Positions 1 through 11,978 of a stretch of DNA of 48,008 bases are shown here, one piece after another. The first letter of the stretch is position 1; every line of letters starts with the position of its first letter. The notes below the pieces were generated by a model. The model ran no database searches, had not been told where the DNA came from, and saw only the letters and a list, made by a program, of their open reading frames with translations. The DNA comes from Chiloscyllium plagiosum (lineage: Eukaryota), in contig NC_057753.1 in the NCBI RefSeq assembly GCF_004010195.1, positions 5,263,505-5,311,512 on the forward strand. The letters are read 5' to 3'. Position numbers and translations under genes: made by a program.

Positions 1-1418
1 GAGCTGGGCTGAGAGGTGGCAAATGGAGTTTAATGTGGACAAGTGTGAGGTGATACACTTTGGCCGGAGTAATCGGAATGCAAAGTTCTGGGCTAATGGT
101 AGGATTCTTGGGAGTGCAGATGAGCAGAGAGATCTCGGTGTCCATGTACACAGATCCCTGAAAGTTGCCACCCAGATTGACAGGGTTGTTAAGAAGGAGA
201 AAGTGAGGACTGCAGATGCTGGAGATCAGAGATGAAAAATGTGTTGCTGGAAAAGCGCAGCAGGTCAGGCAGCATCTAAGGAGCAGGAGAATCGACGTTT
301 TGGGCATAAGCCCTTCTTATTTTGTTGGTCTGAACGTGGTCCGGAGTCCATGTGGGGTCAGCCGGTTCCGTAGACAGGTGCTGAGGAAGGAGATGTGGCT
401 GTGGTAGCGAGTCTGTTTGAGGACGTGGCTGAAGAGCTTCAGGGCCGAGGAGATGACCTGGGGGGTGCAGTGAGAGAGGGACTCACTGAAATCTTTGTAG
501 AGGGAGGAAGAGAGCTTCTTCAAGGAAGGCATCCTTACAAGAGGATTCACAGTAGGTTAAAATCAATTAGGAGAAAGTGAGGCCTGCAGATGCTGGAGAT
601 CAGAGCTGAAAAATGTGTTGCTGGAAAAACGCAGCAGGTCATGCAGCATCCAAGGTGCAGGAGAATTGACGTTTCGGGCATAAGCCCTTCTTATTTTTTA
701 AATATAAGGGCTTATGTCCGAAACGTCGATTATCCTGCTCCTCGGATACTGCCTGACCTGCTGCGCTTTTCCAGCAACACATTTTTCAGGGTTGTTAAGA
801 AGGCATACAGTGTTTTGGCCTTTACTAATACAGGGATTGAGTTCTGGAACCAGGAGGTTATGCTGCAGCTGTACAAAGCTCTGGTACAGCCACACTTGGG
901 GTATTGTGTACAGTTCTGGTCACCGCATTATAAGAAGGATGTGGAAGCTTTGGAAAGGGTGCAGAGGAGATTTACTGGGATGTTGCCTGGTATGGAAGGA
1001 ATGTCTTACGAGGAAAGGCTGAAGGCCTTGAGGCTGTTCTCATTAGAGAGAAGAAGGTTGAGAGGTGACTCAATAGAGACACACAAGATAATCAGAGGGT
1101 TAGATAGGATGGACAGGGAGAGCCTTTTTCCAAGTATGGGGACGGCAAACATGAGGGGACACAATTTTAAAGTGAGGGGAGATAGGTATAAGACAGTTGT
1201 AGAGGTAGTTTCTTTACTCAGAGGATTCTAGTAAGGGTATGGAATGCTTTGCCTGCACGGTAGTAGATTTGCCAAGTTTAAGTGCATTTAAGTCGTCATT
1301 GGACAGGCAAATGGACGTACACGGAATAGTGTAGGTGGGATGGGCTTCAGATTAGTATGACAGGGCGGCACAACATCGAGGGCCGAAGGGCCTGCACTGC
1401 GCTGTAATGTTCTGTGTT
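1..1418 (+). mobile_element. CR1/HER1-type LINE 3' part (RT C-terminus and 3' tail), split by a Penelope-like insertion
   Basis: ORF pieces MEFNVDKCEVIHFG...RDLGV and YKALVQPHLGYCVQFWSP...LFSLERRRLRGD are typical of CR1 ORF2. 3' tail ...gggccgaagggcctgcactgcgctgtaatgttctgtgtt. Confidence 0.93.
198..786 (-). mobile_element. Penelope-like element fragment: tandem pLTRs, ORF N-terminus and an inverted pLTR
   Basis: 17-bp TSD cagggttgttaagaagg at 181-197 and 787-803. pLTR copies at ~198-318 and ~570-692; inverted arms 606-689 / 706-789. Minus ORF 317-550 has HISFLSTCLRNRLTPHGL, resembling the H..FL..C.....P.GL N-terminal motif of Penelope-like ORFs. Confidence 0.85.
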
Positions 1419-1452
1419 TGACCGCACCACTGACCAATTACTTAAGGGAAGA

Positions 1453-1578
1453 TCACCCAGTGCTTGAGCAGTCCCCTACCTCTTCTGGCACCCAGTTATC
1501 GTATTATTGCTAACTGCTTGCATGTTGTTTTTATTCACCTGCATACTGGCCGGTAAACATTGTCACACGTATAATTAG
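1453..1578 (+). pseudogene. Retroviral env C-terminal (membrane anchor) remnant, paralog of 40567-40998
   Basis: Translates as SPSA*AVPYLFWHPVIVLLLTACMLFLFTCILAGKHCHTYN*, matching DCLLLVLFTGIMAYKLCHMYN* ending at 40998. tgtcacaYgtataattagctt is shared at 1561 and 40981. Confidence 0.65.
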
Positions 1579-1597
1579 CTTCCAACCATTGGACAAC

Positions 1598-4500
1598 ACA
1601 GAGTCATCGAGTAATATAGCATGGGAACAGGCCCTTCGGCCCAAACTGTTCCATGCTGATCACGTTGCACACTCAGCCAATTCCAATTACCCGCATTTGG
1701 TCTGTATCCCTCTAAACCCTTCCCATCCATGTACCCCTCTGACTGTGTTTTTTAAAATGCTGCTGTTGTACCTGCCTCAACTTTCTCTGGCAGCCCAGTC
1801 CATGTACGCACCATTGTCAGTGTGAAGACGTTGCCCCTCAGGTCCTTCTTAAATCTTTTCCCTCTCACCTTAAACCTATGTCCTCTAGTTTTCAATTCCC
1901 CATCTCTGGGGAAAATTAGACTATCTGCATTCATCCAATCTATTCCCCTCATGATTTTATACACCTCAGTAAGGTAACCCTTCATTCTCCTATGTTCCAA
2001 GGAATAAAGTCCTATCCTGGCCAAGTTCTCCCTCTACCTCAGGCCTACTACTCCTGGCAACATCCTCGTCAATTTTCTTTGCACTCTTTCCAGTTTAACT
2101 ATATCTTTCCTATGACAGGGTGACCAAAACTATTCACTATACCCCAAATGTGGACTCACCAATGACTTACACAACTATAACATGACGTCCCAAATCCTAT
2201 ACTCGATTCCTTGTCTGATGAAAGCCAGAATGCTAAATGTCTTCTTCACCACCCTGTCTACCTGTGACGCTGCTTTCAATGAACTATGTACTTGTACTCC
2301 TAGCTCCCGCTGTTCCACAATACTCCTCAGGACCTTACCATTTACTGTATAAGTCTTATCTTGGTTTGACTTTCCAAAAGGCAACACCTCACATTTATCT
2401 GTGATGAATCGCATTTACCAATCCTCAGCCCACTTCCCCATCTGAGCGTGATCCCTCTGATAACCTTCTTCGCAATCAACGATACCTCCTAGTTTTGTGT
2501 CATCCGCAAACTCATGAATCGCGCCTTGCATATTCACATCTAGATCATTTATGTAAATACCAATAGTCCCAGCACCTACCCCTGTGGCACACCACTCGTC
2601 ACACACCTCCAGTCCGAGAAACAACCTTCAACCATCACCCTCTGTTTCCTACCATTGACCCAATTTCGTATCCAGTTAGCTAGCTCTCCCTGCATCCCAT
2701 GCAACCTAACCTTGATGACTGGCTTGCTGTGCAGGACCTTGTCAAAGGCCTCATCTATCCCTTTGGTTACCTCTTCAAAAAACTCTGGAAGATTTGTCAG
2801 ACATGACTTCCCACTGCGCACAAATCCATGTTGACTATCCCCAAGCAGACTATCCAAATGTTAGTTGATCCTGTCCCTCAGTATCCTCTCCAACGATTTG
2901 CCCACCACTGATGTCAGGCTGACTGGCCTGGAGTTCCCTGGCTTGTCTTTGCTACCTTTCTTAAACAATGGAACAACATTAGCCACCCTCCAGACTTCTG
3001 GAACTTCACCAGTGGCTAACATTGAAACAAAAATCTCTGCAAAGTCCTCTACAGTTCCTTGCCTAGCCTCCCACAATGTCTGAGGATGGACTTGATCAGG
3101 CCCAGGGGATTTATCCACTTTAATGAACTTTAAGGCGACAAACACCTCTTTTCTGGTAATATGTGTGCGTTCCAAAACATCCCCTCTTTTTTTCCCTTCT
3201 TTCCTTAGCATCCTTGATTCTCTCTTCAGTAAACACCGAGGCGAAATATTCATTAAAAAATTTCCCCCATCTCCTGCAGCTGCACACATAAACGGGCATG
3301 CTATTTCTCTCCCTTGCCACCCTTTTATGCTTAATATCGCTATAGAACCTCTTGGGATTATCTTTAACCTTATCTGCCAGATCCATCTCACACCCTCTTT
3401 TGATTTCCCACTTTAAGTGTGCTCCTACACTTTTTATGGTCCCCTTGGGATTCACTTGAGCCCGTTAGCTTAAACCCAATGTATGGCACCTTTTTCCTGA
3501 CCAGACCCTCAATATCCCTCGTCAGCCAAGGATCCCTAAAGCTGCCAAATTTTCCCTTCACCCTAACAGGGACATACTGGTCCCCGGACTCTTGATATCA
3601 CACTTTTAAAAGCCTCCCATTTGCTAGTCGTTCCTTTTCCTTCAAACAGACTCCAATAGATCCTGCCTAATTGGCCCTGCTCCAGTTCAGCACCTTAATG
3701 ATATGGACCTGTCCCTATCTTTTTCCATAGTTATTTTAAACTATAGGAGAGTGATGGTCACTGGTCCCAAAGTGCTCTTTGACATATTTGACACTTCAGA
3801 CACTTGCCTGAAATTAGTTCCGAAGAGGAGGTCCTGTGTTGCACCCTTCTGGGTAGGGCCCTCTCCATAGTGATTTAGGAAACAAATTCCACCCCGTCTG
3901 GGCCTTTTACACTCTGGGTGGCCCAGTCAATACAGGAGAAATTACAATCTCCAACCAATACGACTCTAATATTCCTACAGGTATCTGCAATTTCTCTACA
4001 AATCTGCTCCTCTAGTATCTGCTGGTTATTTGGGGTTCTATAATACAGTCCTAACAGAGTGACCATCCCCTTCGTGTTTCTAAGTTCTAACCATATGGCC
4101 TCATTTGATGACACCTTAAGAATATTCTCTCTAAGCACTGTTGTTATGTCCTCCCTTATCAAAAGGGCAGCACCCCCTCCTCAATTACTTGTCCTTCTGT
4201 CCCGCCTGTAGCTTCTGTATCCTGGAACACTGAGTTGCCAGTCCTGTCCTCCTTTCAGCCATGTTTCTGTTATGGCTAGAATATCCCAGTCCCCAGAGCC
4301 GATCCCTGCTCTGAGCTCGTCTGCCTAAGCCGTCAGGCCTTGTGCACTGAAATAATTGCACTTTAAACCAGAAGTCTTTTCCTTCCCTTTGCTGTGCCCC
4401 GGGCTATCCTGAGTAGTAAACTTGTTCTCGATGGCTAGTGTATTTTCCCTTGACTTCTCGAAGGCCCCTCTCTTATTCAGAGTGCCAACCGGCCAAAACT

Positions 4501-4616
4501 GGTTTAAACCCTCCGGGGTAACACTCCTCGCAAGGATATTGGTCCCCCTCCGGTTCAGGTGCAACCTGTCTCTCTTGTAGAGGTCACCTCTACCCCAGAA
4601 GAGGTTCCAATGAGAC
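1598..4616 (-). mobile_element. CR1 LINE, 5'-truncated: ORF1 esterase C-terminus, decayed ORF2 (APE and RT), 3' tail
   Basis: Frameshifted segments DLYKRDRLHLNRRGTNILA, GLYYRTPN...VGDCNF, KSPGPD, RPVSLTSVVGK, QHGF, SGVPQG, FADDTK; tail near 1598. Confidence 0.92.
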
Positions 4617-4696
4617 AAGAAGACCCTGCCCCCCCAAGTGAATCCCGAGGGGACCATAAACAGTGTAGGAGCACACTTAAAGTGGGAAATCAAAAA

Positions 4697-7600
4697 TTTT
4701 GGTGTCATCAGCAAACTTACTAACTATACCTCTTATGCTCACATCCAAATCATTTATATAAATGACGAAAAGTAGAGGACCCAGCACCGATCCTTGTGGC
4801 ACTCCACTGGTCACAGGCTTCCAGTCTGAAAAAGTAGAGGACCCAGCACCACCCTCTGTCTTCTACCTTTGAGCCAGTACTGTATCAAATGGATAGTTGT
4901 CCCTGAATTCCATGAGATCTAACCTTGCTAACCAGTCTCCCATAGAGAACCTTGTCGAATGTCTTACTGAAGTCCACATAGATCACGTCCACCACTCTGG
5001 TCTCATCAATCCTCTTTGTTACTTCTTCAGAAAACTCAATCAAGTTCGTGAGACATGATTTCCCACTGACTATCCCTAATCAGTCCTTGCCTTTCCAAAT
5101 ATATGTATATCCTGTCCCTCAGGATTTCCTCCAACATCTTGCCCCCACCACTGAGGTCAGGCTCACTGGTCTATCGTTCCCTGGCTTGTCCTTACCACCC
5201 TTCTTAAACAGTGGCACCACATTTGCCAATCTCCAGTCTTCCGGCACCTCACCTGTGACTATCGATGATACAAATATCTCAGCAAGGGGCCCAGCAATCA
5301 CTTCTCAAGCTTCCCACAGAGTTCGAGGGTACACCTGATCAGGTCCTGGGGATTTATCCGCTTTTATGTGTTTCAAGACACTCAGCACTTGCTCCTCTGT
5401 AATATGGACATTTTTCAAGGTATCACCATCGATTTCCCTATATTCTGTATCTTTCCTGTCCTTTTCCACAGTAAATACTGATGCCAAATACTCGTTTAAT
5501 ATCTCCCCCATTTTCTGCAGCTCCACACAAAGGCCACCTTGCTGATCTTTGAGGGGCCCTATTCTCTCCCTAGTTACCCTTTTGTCCTTAATGTATTTGT
5601 AAAAACTCTTTCGATTCTCCTTAACTCTATTTGCCAAAGCTATCTCATGTCCCCTTTTTGCCCTCCTGATTTCTCTCTTAAGTATACTCCAACTGCCTTT
5701 ATACTCTTCTAGGAATTCATTCGATCTTTCTTGTCGATACCTGACATATGCTTCCTTTTTCTCAACCAAACCATCAATTTCTTTAGTCATCCAGCATTCC
5801 CTATACCTACCAGCCTTCCCTTTCACCCTGACAGGAGTATACTTACTCTGGATTCTCGTTATCTCATTTCTGAAGGCTCCCATTTTCCAGCCGTCCCTAT
5901 ACCTGCGAACATCTGTCCCAATCAGCTTTTGCATGTTCTTTCCTAATACCATCAAAATTGGCCTTTCTCCCACTTAGAACTTCAACTTTTAGATCTGGTC
6001 TATATTTTCAATCACTATTTTAAAACTAATAGAATTATAGTCGCTGGCCCCAAACTGCTCCCCCCTGACACCTCAGTCACCTGCCCTGCCTTATTTTACA
6101 AGAGTAGGTCAAGTTTTGCACCTTCTCTAGCAGGTACATCCACATATTGAATCAGAATATTTTCTTGTATACACTTGACAAATTCCTCTCCATCTAAACC
6201 CTTAACACTATAGCAGTCCCAGTCTATGTTTGGAAAGTTAAAATCCCCTACCATAACCACCCTATTATTCTTACAGATAACCGAGATCTCCTTACAAATT
6301 TGTTTCTCAATTTCCCTCTGACTATTCGGGGGTCTATAATACAATCCCAATAAGGTGATCATCCCTTTTTTTAATTCTCAGGTCAACCCAAATAACTTTC
6401 CTGGATGTATTTCCGGGAATATCCTCCCTCAGTACAGCTGTAATGCTATCCCTTATCAAAAACGCCACTCCCCCTCCTCTCTTGCCTCCCTTTCTGTCCT
6501 TCCTGTTGCATTTGTATCCTGGAACATCAAGCTGCCAAACCTGTCCATCCCTGAGCTATGTTTCTGTAAATACTGTGATATCCCAGTCCCATGTTCCTAA
6601 CCATGTCCTGAGTTCATCTGCTTTCCCTGTTAGGCCCCTTGCATTGAAATAAATGCAGTTTAATTTATTAGTCCTACCTTGTCCCTGCCTGCTCTGACTG
6701 TTTGACTCCTTTTCCCAACTGTACCAGTCTCAGATTGATCTCTTTCCTCACTATCTCCCTGGGTCCCACCCCATCACCTTAATAGTTTAAATACTCCTGA
6801 GCAGCTCTTTCAAATCTCCCTGCCACTATATTAGTCCCCTTCCAATTCAGGTGCAATCTGTCCTTCTTGTACAGGTCACTTCTACCCCAGAAGAGAGTCC
6901 AATGATCCAAAAATGTGAATCCTTCTACCATACACCAGCTCCTCAGTCATGCATTCATCTGCCACATCCTCCTATTCCTGCCCTCACTAGCTTGCAGCAC
7001 TGGGAGTAATCCAGATATTACAACTCTCGAGGACCTTTTTAAATTGCTGCCTAACTCTCTATATTGTCCCTTCATAATCTCATCCTTTTCCCTTCCTATG
7101 TCATTGGTTCCAATGTGTACAATGCCCTTCCCCTTGAGAACATTCTGCACCCTCTCTGAGACATCCTTGATCCTGGCACTAGGGAGGCAACACACCATTA
7201 TGATTTTTCGCAGTTGGCCACAGAAACATCTGTGTCTCAGACCAGAGAATCTCCGAACACAATTGATCTCTTGGAACCCGACGTACCCCTCATTGCATTC
7301 GAGCCAGTCTCAATACCTGAAACTTGGCTGTTTGTGCATAGAATCCATCACCCCCTACATTTTCCAAAACAGCATACTTGTTTGAAATGGGGATAACCAC
7401 AGAAGACTCCTGCACTACCTGTCTACCTCTCGTACCTTTCCTGGAGTTAACCCATCTATGTAACTGTATCTGTGACTTTCCTCCCTTCCTATAACTGACG
7501 TCCATCACATCCCCTTGCTCTTGTGCCAGGGTTGGTGGATCTGAGCTACAGGGAGAGGCTGAACAGGCTGGGGCTGTATTGGCTGGAGCGTCGGAGGCTG

Positions 7601-8597
7601 AGGGGTGACCTTATAGACGTGTATGGAATGAGCTGCCAGAGGAAGTGGTGGAGGCTGGTACAATTGCAACATTTAAGAGACATTTGGATGGGTATATGAA
7701 TAGGAAGGGTTTAGAGGGATATGGGCCGGCTGCTGGCAGGTGGGACTAGATTGGGTTGGGATATCTGGTCGGCATGGACGGATTGGACCGAAGGGTCTGT
7801 TTCCATGCTGTACATCTCTATGACTCTTGTAAATTCCTCATTGCCTCTAACTGTCGCTCCAATCGATCCATTCGATCTGATAGGATTTTCAACCAATGGC
7901 ATTTATTGCAGATATAATCCTCAGTAACACGTAAACTCTCCCTGAACTCCCACATCCAACAAGAAGAGCATGTCACTCTACTAAAGGTCATTTTTGTTTC
8001 TTTCAATCTACACTCCCCGAAAATAGCACTGTCTTATTCCTCTACAAAACAGTGCTCCAGCCTAACGTAATACTTATGGCTTATATTTTTTAATATCTCA
8101 ATTAAACATATAATCAAGAAAGAAACCAGTTTACTCACTACTGCAGACTTACTGTAAGGCAACACTTAAAAATATTCACTGATCCATCTCTGTGCTGTGA
8201 CCTCTCCTACACAGGTTCCTCCAGGATTAGTTGTGAATTTCACTGTTTGTTAATTTTCCCAGATGCACTCTGATGTCCAGTGATACATGAATCCAACAGT
8301 AAAGGCAGTACCTGGGCAGGTTCACTGCTGTGTCAGGGAGCAGTGTGGGTTGCTTTCTGTCTCTCTCTCTCTCTCTCTCTCCTACACTGACCTCACCTTT
8401 GTCTGTTCCTCTCCCTTTTAAAAGTGCTGTTTTGACTCTTTTTGTTTTTCCAAAGTTCCAAAGCAATGCAGCAGCATATAAAACAGTAATTTATGCTCCT
8501 GGAATTCACACTTCCAACACCTAAAATACCTCAAAAAGGAGCAACCTGTTAGAGCCAGAAAGATTTCCTGTCCTCCATCTTGGATTACCCAGAATCC
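4697..8597 (-). mobile_element. CR1 LINE with 5'UTR, ORF1 (CxxC N-terminus and SGNH esterase) and ORF2 up to FADD; 3' end missing
   Basis: ORF1 pieces VTCSSCWMWE...YICNKC and VHIGTND; ORF2 GLYYRPPN, VMVGDFNFPNIDW, KSPGPD. Breaks off at the FADDTK codons (~4700). The 5' boundary is approximate (YY1-like aagatgg near 8575). Confidence 0.88.
7525..7823 (+). mobile_element. Short CR1 3' fragment nested in ORF1 of the previous element
   Basis: 7-bp TSD ctcttgt at 7518-7524 and 7824-7830. Removing it rejoins ORF1 (MRNLQE/QGDVMDVSY). Tail ctctatgact. Confidence 0.9.
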
Positions 8598-10281
8598 TGT
8601 TCTGTGGAGGTGGGGTGTCATTGGTGGTGGGAATTGTTCATCCTGAAGAAGTCCCACCCGAAATAGTGACCACGAATTTCTTCACTTTCTAATGATGAGT
8701 GATCGGCTGTCTATTTCCCCATGTTTGTTTTTTTTTCCCCTTTCAATCTGTCTGGGACTGCCCCACTGTTCAGGTTTTGTTTGGCCTCAGCTGGAATGTC
8801 CAGTTCTAGGGGGCCGTACTTCAGAAAGGATGTGAAACATTAGGGAGCGTAATTGAGTAATACAGCACAGAAGGAGACCCTTTGGGTCATCGTGTCCAAT
8901 ACAGTCGTCAAGTGCCCATCTAATCCAATCCCTTTTCCCAGCACTTACTCCTTGGTCATTCATCAAAATATTTCTTCAACGTTCTGATGGCTCCTGCCTC
9001 GACGCAGTGAATTCCAGATACCTACCACCCTCCGGCGGAAACGGTTTCTTCTCAAATACCCTCTCATGCTCCTGCCCTGTATCTTCAATCCGTGTAGCTT
9101 TGTTATTGATCCTGTGACTAAACGGGAGAAGTTTCTTCCTGTCATTCCCTACGTCTGCCTCTCATCATTTTGCAACCTCAGTCAGGTCCCCTCTCGATCT
9201 TCTCTGCTTCAAAGACGACACTGGAGCTTGTCCAGCCTTTCTTCATGGTTACACTGCTCCATCCCAGGAACATTGTGGTGAATGTCCCCTGCACCCTCTC
9301 CAATGCAGTGCAGTGACCAGAACTGTGTGCAACACCCCAGCTGTGGCCTGATCAATAACATTTCCAGTTCTATCTTAAACCCTGCTGTTCTGTTCACTAC
9401 CTTAACAAGTAAAGGCAAGTGTCCCATCGGCCTTCTTAACCACCCGTTCCGTTCAGAGTGCAGGTTTGTTTTTCTTTAATCTTTCACGGGATGTGTGTGT
9501 CTCTAACAAGGCTGGCACTAAATGGACCCCGGAGAGAGTGGTTTTGGGCTTACCTCTTCAAAAGACAGCAGCCTGTGGGTTGTCGGGACACCCACAATAT
9601 AGGGAGTTCCCGGATTTCACCCAGTGACCGTGAAGGATCCGTCAGTGCAGTTCCAATCAGGATGGTGTGCGGTGACGGTGATTTGGTTTGAGGTTTCCGC
9701 CTCAAGGAAGTTTCCCCAATGTCCAATAAAAAATATTTGCAAAAGAAAATTGCTGTCAGTCTGGGACAGAAACTCAGTCGGGTTTGCTGCTCATAAATCC
9801 TCCCTTCTAAGCCCTTATCAACAGAGTTTCCAAAATCCATCACAGTCAGTCGAGGATAGAAATTCGGAAGAGCCAAATGCATTTCACTTGGTTTGAGTTT
9901 GTTGTGCGTTAATTCTCCCCTTGTGATGAGAACATGAGGGATCTGTAGAAATGTATGTATAGATTGAGTGTGTAGGCGAAAACATGGCAAGATGCAATTT
10001 TAATGTCGGAAAGTGTGTGGTCATGGACTTTTGGTAGGAAGAATCAAGAGGCAGACTGTGATTTAAATGGAGACTCCAATAAAGAGCAGCACAGAGGGGT
10101 GTTGTGCATGAAACACAAAACAAATTATGGTGCAAGTGCGAGTAATTAAGGGAAATATAATTTGGAAGTTTTGTTTCAAGTGTACAAGATGTTGGTGAGA
10201 CTGCACTTGTGGCAATGTAGCTGAAAATGTGTTGCTGGAAAAGCGCAGCAGGTCAGGCAGCATCCAGGGAACAGGAGAATC

Positions 10282-10309
10282 GACGTTTCGGGCATAAGCC
10301 CTTCTTCAG
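10282..10309 (-). ncRNA. Minimal type-I hammerhead ribozyme motif (inverted pLTR)
   Basis: Reverse complement reads CTGAAGA-A-GGGC-TTAT-GCCC-GAAAC-GTC. Confidence 0.75.
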
Positions 10310-11003
10310 GAATGAGGAAAGTTTGTCCAGCACGCTAAGATAAAAGGTAGGGAGGAGGGACTGGGGGAGGGGCGTCGGAAATGTGATAGGTGGAAAGAGG
10401 TCAAGGTTGCAGGGGTTGCGGTTGCGCCCTCACCTCCCTCCAAGGCCCCAAAGGAAACTTCCACATCCGCCACAGATTCACCTGCACCTCCACACACATC
10501 ACCTATTGCATCCTCTTCACCCAATGTGGCCTCCTCTATATTGGGGAGACAGGCCGGCTACTTGCGGAGCGTTTCAGAGAACACCTCTGGGACACCCGGA
10601 CCAAACAACCCAACCACCCTGTGGCTCAACATTTCATCTCCCCCTCCCACTCCACCAAGAATATGCAGGTCTTTGGACTCCTCCATCGCCAGACCACAAC
10701 AAAACGACGGTTGGAGGAAGAACGCCTCATCTTCCGCCTAGGAACCCTCCAACCACAAGGGATGAACTCGGATTTCACCAGTTTCCTCATCTCCCCTCCC
10801 CCCAGCCTGTCTCAGTCAAATCCATCAAACTCAGCACCGCCTTCCTAACCTGCAATCTTCTTCCCGACCTCTCCGCCCCCACCCCAGTCTGACCTATCAC
10901 CCTCACCTTGACCTCTTTCCACCTATCACATTTCCGACGCCCCTCCCCCAAGTCCCTCCTCCCTACCTTTTATCTTAGCCTGCTGGACAAACTTTCCTCA
11001 TTC

Positions 11004-11031
11004 CTGAAGAAGGGCTTATGCCCGAAACGTC
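11004..11031 (+). ncRNA. Minimal type-I hammerhead ribozyme motif (pLTR)
   Basis: CTGAAGA-A-GGGC-TTAT-GCCC-GAAAC-GTC: CUGANGA box, perfect 4-bp stem II, GAAA box, GUC triplet. Stems I and III are very short, as described for Penelope-like element hammerheads. Confidence 0.78.
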
Positions 11032-11278
11032 GATTCTCCTGTTCCCTGAATGCTGCCTGACCTGCTGCGCTTTTCCAGCATCACATTTTCAGCTCTGATC
11101 TCCAGCATCTGCAGACCTCACTTTCTCCTTGTGGCAATGTACACAATTTTTAAGAAATGATATACTGGCATTGGAAACAGTTCAAAAGAGATTTACTCAG
11201 CTAATTACTAGAGTGAAGGGGTTAACTTATCCAGAATAGCTAAGCAGATTAGGTCTCAGTTATGAAGAAATGCCATAT

Positions 11279-11602
11279 GGGCAGCATGGTGGCTCAGCAG
11301 TTAGCACTGCTGCCTCACAGCGCCAGGATCCCGGGTTCAATTCCAGCCTTGGGCGACTGACTGTGTGAAATTTGCACGTTCTCCCCGTGTCTGCGTGGGT
11401 TTCCTCCGGATGCTCTGGTTTCCTCACACAGTCAAAAGACATGCAGGTCAGGTGAATTGGCCATGCTAAATTGCCCATAGTGTTAGGTGCATTCGTCAGG
11501 GGTAAATGTTGGGGAATGGGTCTGGGTGGGTAGCTCTTCGGAGGGTCGGTGTGGACTTGGGCCGAAAGGCCTGTTTCCACACTGTAGGGAATCTAATCTA
11601 AT
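11279..11602 (+). mobile_element. HE1-type tRNA-derived SINE
   Basis: A box tggctcagcagttag, B box ggttcaattcc, CR1-like tail gggccgaaaggcctgtttccacactgtaggga, then (tctaa)n. Confidence 0.92.
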
Positions 11603-11978
11603 TAATGTTTGGGACAACGAAGTGACCTTATTGAAACACAACATCTGGGAGGGGGGTTTGAAAGGATAGATATTGAGATGTTGCTATGAGTGTATATAAG
11701 GTACACTGTTACAGAATAATGGCACTCTAATTTTAAATTGTGAAGGGAAGAAATTTTTTTTTTAAAAGAGTAGTGAAGGTCTGGAATTTTCTAGCTAGAG
11801 AATTGTGGGGGCTAGATCACTGAAAGTAATTTCAAAAGATGTGTATAGATTTTTTGAAACGTTTTGGGGCTATTGAGGCCTTTGATGAGCTGACACAAAA
11901 GGCAGTGGAGGCCTGGGGCAGATGAGCCATGATCTGTTAAAATAGCTGGAGAGGTTTGAGGGGGATGAATGGTCGACA

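Larger units (their letters stand above)
10220..11127 (+). mobile_element. 5'-truncated Penelope-like element: GIY-YIG endonuclease, 3' pLTR and inverted 5' pLTR
   Basis: 14-bp TSD cttgtggcaatgta (10206-10219, 11128-11141). ~189-bp inverted repeats 10219-10407 / 10905-11094. ORF 10390-10848 FTCTSTHITYCI..QCGLLYIGETGRLLAERFREH...LGTLQPQGMN. Confidence 0.93.
8605..11975 (+). repeat. Segmental duplication copy 1 (mosaic of old repeat fragments)
   Basis: Colinear with 41582-43798, e.g. aagaagtcccacccgaaatagtgacca (8647 / 41613), gggacagaaa.tcagt, aggcctggggcagat.agccatgatct, agctggagagg.ttgag. Confidence 0.85.

Noticed and set aside
590..1231. 213-aa ORF
   Set aside because: Chance fusion of a Penelope pLTR palindrome with the CR1 ORF2 C-terminus.
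11279..11350. tRNA-like A/B boxes here and in the other copies
   Set aside because: SINE heads continuing into SINE body and CR1 tail; not tRNA genes.
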